Source: a virus
Lineage: Duplodnaviria; Caudoviricetes
IMG/VR virus record: IMGVR_UViG_3300010966_000022
Location: 1 to 36,984 of that record
DNA length: 36,984 bases
Strand: one strand, 5' to 3'
In this document: positions 25,881 to 35,100 of the stretch, in pieces
Position numbering within the stretch: position 1 is the stretch's first letter
Layout: the number at the start of each line of letters is the position of its first letter
Translations under genes and position numbers: made by a program
Notes under the pieces: generated by a model
The model's database searches: none
What the model was told of the DNA's origin: nothing
What the model saw: only the letters and a program-made list of their open reading frames with translations

Positions 25881-28847
25881 ATGGCGAATGTTCGCACGCT
25901 ACAACGATCATTTGCTGGTGGCGAAATGTCACCAGAAATGTTTGGGCGCATTGACGATGTTAAGTTTCAAACTGGTGCAGCCAAGCTGCGTAACTTTATT
26001 GCCAAGCCTCAAGGTCCAGTAGAAAACCGATCTGGCTTTGAGTTTGTGCGAGAGGTTGCCGATTCAACCAAGCGCACACGATTAATTCCATTTACATATT
26101 CAACAACGCAAACGATGATGATCGAATGCGGAGAGGGATACTTCAGATTTCATTCGTACGGCGGCACATTGCTTGTCGGCGCTGTGTCTCCGTATCAATC
26201 GGGCAGCACTGTCACGATGACGATATCAAAGACATCGACAGTGACAATCACGATTGCATCGCCCGGTGTTGTATCGTGGGCAGGCCATACGCTTGCAAAT
26301 GGCGATCCTGTAATCTTTACAACCACAGGTCTACTGCCAACAGGCATTGAAGCAAATAAGACGTATTACGTCGTTAACCAAGCGGCAGGCACATTCCAAT
26401 TCGCAGCGACTGTTGGTGGCGCTGCAATCAATACCTCTGGCACGCAAAGCGGCGTACACACAGCAACAACACCATGCGTTGTAACGTGGAACGCACACGG
26501 CCTGTCTGCTAACGCAAAGATTGGATTCACTACTACTGGCGCATTGCCGACTGGTATTACAGCAAGCAAAACGTATTACGTTCGCAATCCAACAGCAAAT
26601 AAATTTGAATTAAGCGCGACTGCTGATGGTAATGCTGTCATTACATCAGGCACGCAATCAGGTGTCCACACTGGCACAGTATCGTATCAGCCGGGTGACC
26701 TAGTTGCATCAGGTGGTTTTAATTATTACTGCATCAAAGAGAGCATTAATAACGCACCACCAAATGCGACGTACTGGTACATCGAGCCACCAAGCGGCAT
26801 CTACCAAATACCAAACCCGTATGCTGAAGCAGACTTGTTTGATATCCATCACGTTCAGTCTGCTGACGTACTGACGTTGGTCCATCCTAATTACCCGCCA
26901 CGCGAATTGCGCAGGCTTGGTACAACGAAATGGACTCTGATTGAAATTAACTTTGGCGCGACACTAGACACGCCTAGTGGTTTGACTGTCACTCGATACA
27001 TTCCACCATCGTCAACAGTTAACGTCGATACATATGCCGACATGACCTATGTTGTCACCGCTGTTGATGACGAACTTTCTAACGAGTCCTCGCCATCAGC
27101 GCCAGCAACAGTCACAAATAACATTTATGTAACTGGTGCCAAGAACACAATTACTTGGTCTGCTGTTCCGGGTGCATCGCGTTATTACGTTTACAGATTG
27201 CAGGGTGGTATCTATGGGTATATCGGAAACACGACAGGCACTTCTATCATTGATGACAACATCAATCCTGACTTGTCTAGAACCCCTCCGGTTTACGAGA
27301 ACGACTTTACAAGCGCAAATAATTATCCCGGCGCGGTTTCGTATTTTGAGCAGCGCAGATGCTTTGCAGGGACTACAGCAGAACCACAAAAGATTTGGAT
27401 GACCAAGTCTGGAACCGAATCAAACATGAGCTACGGCATTCCGATTAGCGATGACGATCGGATTGAGTTTAGGATCGCAGCACGCGAGGCCAACACGATT
27501 CGTCACATTGTGCCGTTGACGGAATTGCTGTTGATGACAGGCTCTGCTGAATGGCGCGTGACATCGGTTAACTCTGATGCAATCACACCGAACACAATTT
27601 CGATTAGACCGCAGTCATACATCGGTGCATCGAACGTTCAACCAGTGATCATCAACAACTCGATGGTGTACGCAGCCGCTCGCGGGGGCCACATCCGAGA
27701 GCTTGGTTACAACTGGCAGGCAAACGGCTTTGTGACGGGTGATTTGTCACTGCGCGCAGCACACTTGTTCGACAGTAAAGAGATTGTCGATATGGCTTAC
27801 ACAAAGGCACCACAGCCTCTTGTGTGGTTTGTATCAACGTCTGGCAATCTGATTGGCCTGACTTATGTGCCAGAGCAGCAGATCGGCGCATGGCATTGGC
27901 ACGATACCGACGGGGTGTTTGAGTCTTGCGCTGTGGTTGCTGAAGGCGATGAGGATATCTTGTACTGCATTATCCGTCGTGAAATTAACGGCGTGCAACG
28001 CAGATATGTAGAGCGCATGCTGCCACGTTCGCCAAACAGCTATGCCGATGATGAGATCAAGCAGGCCCTGATCAATGCGTTCTTTGTTGATTCCGGGTTG
28101 ACCTACAACGGCAACAATACAAGCGCAGTGACGATGACGATTACTGGTGGCACAACATGGGGGCCAGCAGACGCATTGACGATTACTTCATCATCAGCCA
28201 AGTTTGTTTACCCCGGAACAAGTGATATTGGTGATGAGATTGTGTTTACTGATGCGGCTGGAGAGGAATACCATTGCCGTATCGCCTCGACTAGCTCAAG
28301 CACTGTTGCCACGATTCAGACCGATAAGGTATTGCCAACGTCGTTGAGAAACACCGCAACTGCGCAATGGGCGTTTGCTAGAAACTCAATCAGCGGGTTA
28401 TCGCACCTTGAGGGCAAAGAAGTAAGCATCCTGACTGACGGCGCTGTGCATCCACGCAAGACTGTAACAGCAGGCACCATTACTCTTGAAACAGCTTCAG
28501 TCATTGTGACCATAGGGTTGCCCTATGAGGCTGATATGCAAACGCTACCGCTTGCGATGCAGATTGATAACGGGATGGGGCAAGGCCGTTACAAAAACAT
28601 CAACAAGGCATGGCTGCGGGTCTTCCGATCGTCGGGTATTTTTATTGGACCAGACGTTAATAGTCTTGTTGAAGCAAAGCAACGGACCACAGAGGCTTAC
28701 GGGCAACCGCCAGATTTAAAGTCGCAAGAGATTGAGATCATGCTCACGCCATCATGGGCCGACAGTGGTCAGGTCTATGTAAGGCAGGTTGATCCATTGC
28801 CGCTTACGATTGTTGGCATGACATTGGAGGTTGCGATAGGCGGGTAA
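25881..28847 (+). CDS. Tail tubular protein B / nozzle (T7 gp12-like) with inserted beta domains
   Basis: SFAGGEMSPEMFGRID, YPGAVSYFEQR and AWHWHDTDG motifs. Confidence 0.88.
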   Translation: MANVRTLQRSFAGGEMSPEMFGRIDDVKFQTGAAKLRNFIAKPQGPVENRSGFEFVREVADSTKRTRLIPFTYSTTQTMMIECGEGYFRFHSYGGTLLVGAVSPYQSGSTVTMTISKTSTVTITIASPGVVSWAGHTLANGDPVIFTTTGLLPTGIEANKTYYVVNQAAGTFQFAATVGGAAINTSGTQSGVHTATTPCVVTWNAHGLSANAKIGFTTTGALPTGITASKTYYVRNPTANKFELSATADGNAVITSGTQSGVHTGTVSYQPGDLVASGGFNYYCIKESINNAPPNATYWYIEPPSGIYQIPNPYAEADLFDIHHVQSADVLTLVHPNYPPRELRRLGTTKWTLIEINFGATLDTPSGLTVTRYIPPSSTVNVDTYADMTYVVTAVDDELSNESSPSAPATVTNNIYVTGAKNTITWSAVPGASRYYVYRLQGGIYGYIGNTTGTSIIDDNINPDLSRTPPVYENDFTSANNYPGAVSYFEQRRCFAGTTAEPQKIWMTKSGTESNMSYGIPISDDDRIEFRIAAREANTIRHIVPLTELLLMTGSAEWRVTSVNSDAITPNTISIRPQSYIGASNVQPVIINNSMVYAAARGGHIRELGYNWQANGFVTGDLSLRAAHLFDSKEIVDMAYTKAPQPLVWFVSTSGNLIGLTYVPEQQIGAWHWHDTDGVFESCAVVAEGDEDILYCIIRREINGVQRRYVERMLPRSPNSYADDEIKQALINAFFVDSGLTYNGNNTSAVTMTITGGTTWGPADALTITSSSAKFVYPGTSDIGDEIVFTDAAGEEYHCRIASTSSSTVATIQTDKVLPTSLRNTATAQWAFARNSISGLSHLEGKEVSILTDGAVHPRKTVTAGTITLETASVIVTIGLPYEADMQTLPLAMQIDNGMGQGRYKNINKAWLRVFRSSGIFIGPDVNSLVEAKQRTTEAYGQPPDLKSQEIEIMLTPSWADSGQVYVRQVDPLPLTIVGMTLEVAIGG
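26241..26676 (+). repeat. Tandem duplication of a domain of about 70 aa inside the nozzle gene
   Basis: Both copies read PxVVxWxxHxL...FTTTGxLPTGIxAxKTYYV...F...AT..G....TSGTQSGVHT. Confidence 0.85.
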
Positions 28848-28848
28848 C

Positions 28849-28880
28849 GGTACCCGTAAATTAACCTCATGCTTTAACCT
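28849..28880 (+). promoter_or_regulatory. Putative late promoter, copy 4 (GGTACCCGTA-N16-TAACCT)
   Basis: After the nozzle stop and upstream of the internal virion genes. Confidence 0.7.
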
Positions 28881-28948
28881 TGCGTTAATAAATTGACGCT
28901 GTGTGTTGAGGTTATGTCATCGCATAGATCGTTTATTAGGGGAAATAT

Positions 28949-29944
28949 ATGGCACTTGGATTAAGAGCGTCACCAACCGGGTTTTTTGCAGGGTCCGACA
29001 CAGGGACAATGCTCACAGATGCAAGCACAATGTCTAGCCTCGCCAGCGGCCTTAAAGCAGCAGCGCCAGTACTTGCTATTGGTGGAGCTATTCAAAGCGC
29101 TGTAGGGACGTATTACGCTGCTCAAACACAGCAATACCAGATACAGTCGCAGGCCAGCGAGAAGCGGTATCAAATAAAAGCTCAACAGTATGACAACGAG
29201 TCAAAGTTAAGCACATCTCGGTACCAAGCATCTTCGCAAAAAACTGGTCTATCAGCCAAGCTTGCTGAAACGTTTTATCAGCTAGAGTCAAACGCAATTA
29301 ATTTGGAAACAGAAGCATCGACTGCTATGTTCCAGAGCGGCATTTCAGCAATGAATGCACGCAACGCCGAGGCCAATGCGCAATACATTTTGCAAGCTGG
29401 TCAAAAGGAAGTGGCAAAGATTACGTTGCGCGCAGGAAAGATTAAAAGCGCTCAAACGGCATCGATGGCTGCGCGTGGTATTGCGCTTGGTGAAGGCTCC
29501 GCTGCTGAAGTAACCGCAACAACAGACTTTATGAAAGAGTCGGATGCGCTGACAATCAACGCAAACTCGGTCAGGTCTGCTGCTGCACAACGCATTCAGG
29601 CAGCAAACTTTGAAACCCAAGCTCGCTTGCAGGGCGTGACAGCAGAAAGCCTGCGCACACAGGCAACTGGCATGACTGGTATTCAAAAACAGATGGCTGA
29701 TGCGGTATACCGGGCCACGCTATCTAACGTCGAATTTAACGAAGAGCTTGCTGCAAACGTGTTTAGGCTGTCGATCGACAACGCTGCGCGCTCTGCAAAC
29801 GTAGTGACAGATTTTTCCGGGACCATAAGTCCTGTTCTGGGGGCCGCTACAAGCCTTCTGGGCAGCGCTGGCTCATTAGCTAGAACATGGGTCCAAGATC
29901 AAACTATGAACGCTCTAGCATCCAAATTTAAGGCTGGGGGATAA
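28949..29944 (+). CDS. Internal virion (ejection) protein, T7 gp14-like position
   Basis: Ala/Gln/Ser-rich helical protein; QTASMAARGIALGEGSAAEV...DALTINAN; hydrophobic Gly/Ala ends. Confidence 0.75.
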   Translation: MALGLRASPTGFFAGSDTGTMLTDASTMSSLASGLKAAAPVLAIGGAIQSAVGTYYAAQTQQYQIQSQASEKRYQIKAQQYDNESKLSTSRYQASSQKTGLSAKLAETFYQLESNAINLETEASTAMFQSGISAMNARNAEANAQYILQAGQKEVAKITLRAGKIKSAQTASMAARGIALGEGSAAEVTATTDFMKESDALTINANSVRSAAAQRIQAANFETQARLQGVTAESLRTQATGMTGIQKQMADAVYRATLSNVEFNEELAANVFRLSIDNAARSANVVTDFSGTISPVLGAATSLLGSAGSLARTWVQDQTMNALASKFKAGG

Positions 29945-29946
29945 CA

Positions 29947-32166
29947 ATGCCTACCGTACCAGTTTATGACGTACCAACCCAAGAATTAGCAGCTACGCAG
30001 CTTGGTCAATTTCAGGCACCAAACCCTGTTGGGTTTAAGCCGCTTTCTGGCGTGCCAGCAATTGAAGGAACACGCCCACCGCCACAGGCCCAGCCACTGG
30101 CAAGGTTTGAACTAGGCAAAGATTTTGCAGGCGCTCAAGCAATTGAGGGCGGCAAGGCTGTTCAGAACTTTGGTCAGGCCATGATTCAGGTGGCAGACCG
30201 ACTGCAATCATTTGTTGATGACGCTCGAACAAAAGAACTCGACACGCAATTGTCAGACAAGATTCGGCAAATCATGTACGACCCTGAAAAGGGTTACATG
30301 GCAACACAAGGCAAAACGAGTTTAGAGCTACGAAGCGATACGCTGAAAGCTTTAAATGAAGCTCGCACAGAAATCGCTCGGGGCGCAAGCAATTCGGTAC
30401 AGCAAAGCATGTTCACCAACGTTGCCAATAGGCGCTTTGAGAGCGTGTTTAACCAGCTTGACGCGCATGCATTGCAGCAGACCAAGGTCTACAACATGGC
30501 AGAGTCAAAAGCTCGCCTAGAGGCCTCTATTTATGACGCGCTTGCCAATACGTCATCGGTGTACCAGAAAGATGCTGACGGCAAACCAACTGGCGCTTTT
30601 CAGACGTACAAGCAAACTGCAATTGAAGAGGCCAATAACTTGGCTGATTTATCTGGCTTTGCACCAAAGTCATCACAGCGCTTAAATCTTGTTCGCGACG
30701 TAACAACCAAAATTCACGCTGACGTTGTGCAGCAGATGGTTAATCGTAACGACTACATCGGCGCACGCTCATACCTTGACCAGCAAATTAAAACTGGTGA
30801 AGTAAACGAAAAAGCGCAGATTGAACTTAATCGTTTATTAAAAGAGGGCTATACACGCGAGGCCGGGAAAGTAAAAGGCGATGCAATTTATAGCAACACA
30901 GGTCCAAAAGGAACTGATTTTGAATCTGGGTTTACTTGGATTATGCAGGCCGAAGGAACGGCTTATGTTGCTGATGACGCTGGCACTGGCCCTGCAAAGA
31001 TGGGTATTACCTCCGCTTCATTCCCAAATGAAGACATTGCAAACATGACCACGGCGCGAGCCAAAACTTTGTATCGTGGTATTTGGAATGACATCGGTGC
31101 AGATAAGTTACCAGTAAGCATTCGTATGATTGCATTTGATTCTGCGGTCAATCATGGCGCTGGTCAGACAAGAAAATTTATTGAGCAGGCGCAAGGTGAT
31201 CCACAAAAGTTTATCGATTTGCGTCGTGACTTTTATGCTGAACTGATTGCCAAAGACCCAGAAAAATATGCTCGGTATGAGAAGGGCTGGGAAAACCGCA
31301 TGAAGAAACTTGAGTCAAGCATTACTGGCGAGCAAACGCTTGGCACAATGCTGGCTGAAACTAATTCAATTGCAGACCCACAAGAGCGAGAAGTTGCGCG
31401 TCAGCGTATTAAAAACAATTACACAGAAGATCAGTCAATTAAACAGGCTGATTACCTTGCGTTGTTGATAACTGCACAAGACGCTGCATTTGCTCGCATT
31501 GGTGGATGGCAAGATGTTCCTGCTGCTGTATGGGCATCAGTTAAGCCAGAGGACCGAGCAAAGCTAGTTCAAGGAGCGCCACGCGCTAACGATCCAGATA
31601 CTGTAATTATGTTGGACAACAATCCGCAAATGTGGCGCAAAGAAACGTTGACTCAATATCGCGGCCTTGTCACTGAAGAAACTTATCGCAAGTATTACAA
31701 CCTTGGAAACGGTCCTAAAGCAGAGCAACAAATTCTCGATGCGACAATTGATTCCGAACAATTCCAGCGTGCGTTGCTTGATGCCGGGTTAAAGAAATTC
31801 ATAGACCCCAAAGCCGATTCAGAAGATAAAAGAAAATTAATCTTGTTGCGTTCTGAAGTTGAACGCGAAATCAATTTGCAGCAAGAAGCTAAAAAGCGCA
31901 AATTGACAATGGCAGAGAAAAACGAAATTTATGCAAAAGCATTGTCACCAGTAAAAGAGCAAGTGACGATTGATAGCTGGTGGCGTAGAACGTTCAACAT
32001 GACCGAGACTGAACAAGAAAAGCGATTCTTTCAAGTCACCAACCGTAAAAATGTTGTTATCCCAGCAACGATACGCAATCAGATTCTCAATGATATGGAA
32101 AAGGCTGGTGTGATGCCAACTGAAAGCCGCGTCCTTGATGCATACCTGTTGATGAAAAGAGATTAA
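29947..32166 (+). CDS. Internal virion protein with a GH108-like lysozyme domain (~30919-31310)
   Basis: MPTVPVYD start; FTWIMQAEG...MGIT...MTxxxAKTLYR...FDSAVNHG...RRDFY...GWENR. Confidence 0.8.
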   Translation: MPTVPVYDVPTQELAATQLGQFQAPNPVGFKPLSGVPAIEGTRPPPQAQPLARFELGKDFAGAQAIEGGKAVQNFGQAMIQVADRLQSFVDDARTKELDTQLSDKIRQIMYDPEKGYMATQGKTSLELRSDTLKALNEARTEIARGASNSVQQSMFTNVANRRFESVFNQLDAHALQQTKVYNMAESKARLEASIYDALANTSSVYQKDADGKPTGAFQTYKQTAIEEANNLADLSGFAPKSSQRLNLVRDVTTKIHADVVQQMVNRNDYIGARSYLDQQIKTGEVNEKAQIELNRLLKEGYTREAGKVKGDAIYSNTGPKGTDFESGFTWIMQAEGTAYVADDAGTGPAKMGITSASFPNEDIANMTTARAKTLYRGIWNDIGADKLPVSIRMIAFDSAVNHGAGQTRKFIEQAQGDPQKFIDLRRDFYAELIAKDPEKYARYEKGWENRMKKLESSITGEQTLGTMLAETNSIADPQEREVARQRIKNNYTEDQSIKQADYLALLITAQDAAFARIGGWQDVPAAVWASVKPEDRAKLVQGAPRANDPDTVIMLDNNPQMWRKETLTQYRGLVTEETYRKYYNLGNGPKAEQQILDATIDSEQFQRALLDAGLKKFIDPKADSEDKRKLILLRSEVEREINLQQEAKKRKLTMAEKNEIYAKALSPVKEQVTIDSWWRRTFNMTETEQEKRFFQVTNRKNVVIPATIRNQILNDMEKAGVMPTESRVLDAYLLMKRD

Positions 32167-32169
32167 ATA

Positions 32170-35100
32170 ATGAGCGCATACGAAAACTACCTATCGAAGT
32201 TAAAAGTCGAAGACGAAAAACAGGAGTTTTTAACTAGTTCATTGCAGCAGGCCGCTGGAGTTAACCCGGATGAGTTTGCTGGTCAGGTTCAATTAGCAAA
32301 GGCTGCTGCTGTTTCTGTAGACGCAGTGCCTGATTACAAGAAGCTTGCTCAAGAAGCGCAGCTTTTTCAAAAGACTGGCGCAGATACTTTGTGGCGCGAC
32401 AATCCACAGACAGCGCGATTCTTATCCGATCCAACACGCGCAAAGCTTGCAAGTGATCAAGCCGATACGCTTAAGGATATGGAGAACCAATTCAATTCTT
32501 TTAAAGCAGTAAGGAAAGAAGATTTTAATAAAAGCGAAGATCAAAATCGCTGGTTAAATATTGGCATGACAATTGCCACTATGGGCGCGTCTTCTGTTGG
32601 CGGTGCTGGAGAAAGTATCAAGCGAGATTTTAAATTTGGTTTTACTGGGTTTAAAAAGCAGTGGTCATCGCTTTTGGATTCTGTTGGAATTACTAGCAGT
32701 CTTGATAAGCGCAAAGCTGAAGTAATGGGACGCGCTGGTATTGAATACGACCCGCGCAACGACTACTACTTGCGCATGGCTGAATTACAAAAAGAACAAG
32801 AAAAGTTTTCTCCACCTGTTGAAGTGCAAGAAGGAATTAACAAACTTGCTAATGCAGATAACGCATTAGATTTTGTAAAAGCTGTGGTTGACCATCCTGA
32901 TGCATTGCAAACAATGTTTTTTCAATCTGCTGGAACGTATGCACCAGCAATGGCAGCTATGGCTGCATCAAGCGTTCTTGGACCTACTGGACCATCAACG
33001 TTAATTCCATTTTTTTCGCAGCAAGCGTTGCGTAAAAGTATTGCTAGTGGGTTAACAAGTGGTTTGCTTGAATACGGATCTGCTATCGATGACACAATGG
33101 CTGAAGCTGGAGTAGATTTAACTGATCCAATTGCTTTAGCTAATGCATTTAATAACCCAGAACTTGTTGCAAAAGCAAAAGACAAAGCGCTTAAGCGTGG
33201 CGTATCAATTGGATTTTTTGACGGATTAACTGCTGGTGTTGCTGGCAAGCTATTGGCTGGAGCAAAGTCAACATCATTAAGCGTTGGTACTCGCGTAGCT
33301 GGTGAGCTTGGAATTCAAGCTGGTGGAGGCATGGCTGGTGAGGCCACCGCCGGGTTCTTGACTGATGACTTTAAGCTTGGTGCAGTGTTGCTTGAAGGCT
33401 TGCTTGAAATGCCAACAGGTATTGCTGAAATACCCGGCAACTATAAAAGCACAATGCGCGATGCAATTGGTGTTGAGCAAAACACAAAAGCGCTTGAGCG
33501 TCTTAACGAATTATCAGCGGCAAACAAAATTCGCACTCGCGATGCAGATACATTTAACCAGTGGATTGAGCAAGCCACTGAAGACAGCCCTGTGCAAAAC
33601 GTTTACGTCAACGCGAACGTGCTACAGCAAGCTGGTGTGCTTGAGCAAATTGCCTCGCTTTCACCGACTGTTGCATCTCAAATTGAGAGCGCATTAATTA
33701 CTGGCGATGAGATTGAGATTCCAATTCAAGAGTACATGACAACAATTGCGCCGACTGACGTTAGCACAAAGATCATCGATGACCTTCGCCTCGAAGGCGA
33801 GACAATGACCCGTCGCGAGGCCACTGCATTTATTGATAGCCAAGCTGAAGAGTTGCAAAAGGCATACGACGAGCAAACCAAAAAACTGATGCAAAGCGAA
33901 GAATTTGTGCGCTCTGCAAAAGAAGTTGAAGGCCTGATGTTTGAAAACATTAAGTCAACACAGGCATACAGCGATACGGCATCACGCGCTTACGCGACGT
34001 ACGTTAGAGATTTGTATGTGACAAAAGCCGCAGAAATGCGCATGTCACCTATGGAGCTTTACAAGCTATTGCCGTACCAAACAATTTCAACAATGCCTGC
34101 TGTGACTGCGCAAATGTTCAGTCAAGAGCAGATTGGTCAAGTCACACAAGCGTTACAGCAGACACCAGAATTTCAAAATTGGTTTGTTGAATCAAAAGTT
34201 TCTGACAATACTGGCGCTCCAATTATTATGTATCACGGAGCAAAATCAGACATACAAGATGGCGTGTTTCGCATGGAGCGAGGCATGTTAGGAACTGGAG
34301 CCTATTTCACATCTGACCCTAATGAAGCTGCTGAATTTACAAAAAATGCTGCATTCCAAACTAATGCAAATATTGTTCCTGCATATATAAGTATTCAAAA
34401 TCCTTACGAAGTGACTGATAAATTTGCAAAAGTTCCAAAAGATTTAGAAGAGCAAGGATACGACGGAGTTATATTAAGAAACGATGATGGCTCAATTCAA
34501 TGGGCTGTACCTATTAAACCAAATCAAATCAAATCAATATTCAACGAAGGATCGTGGAGTCCAGAGACTGCCAACATTTTGAAACAGGCAGCGCTACCAA
34601 CAGACAGCCAAGCGGCATCTCAAGAGGATGCACAAGGGCCAATGAAGGGTGATATTACGCAGCATGTGTTAATGGCTGAACGTGGTCAACGTGTTGTTGG
34701 GAAACGCGCTCGCATGAGCGATGAAGAAACAAAAATAATTCAAGATGCCGAAAAAGAGCTTGGCATTGAGAATAATGAAATTTCTACTTTGGTTAAAAAC
34801 CATAAGCTGGCAAACCCTCCAATGGATGGCTGGGCCGCGCTTGAATTAACTGACGTAAAAATTGAGCCATCAAAAGGTGGCAAGCCTGCATCGTATGAGT
34901 TGGTTTACAAAACAATTCCATACACTTTTGCTAATGACAAAAACGGTACGTTGCTTGAAAAAGGTACCAAACCATACGATCAAAAAGTAAAAGCAATTGC
35001 AAGGAAAATTGAAAACGAGGTTTTGTCTGTTTATGAGCGTGCGCAAAATGGTGACAAGGCCGCTCAAAATATTATTCGACAGGCTGGTTGGTACAAAGAA

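Noticed and set aside
1464-28858. GGTACCCGTA copies as CRISPR repeats, att sites or plain KpnI sites
   Set aside because: They are dispersed single 10-mers in one orientation with a fixed downstream -10-like hexamer, which fits promoters better.
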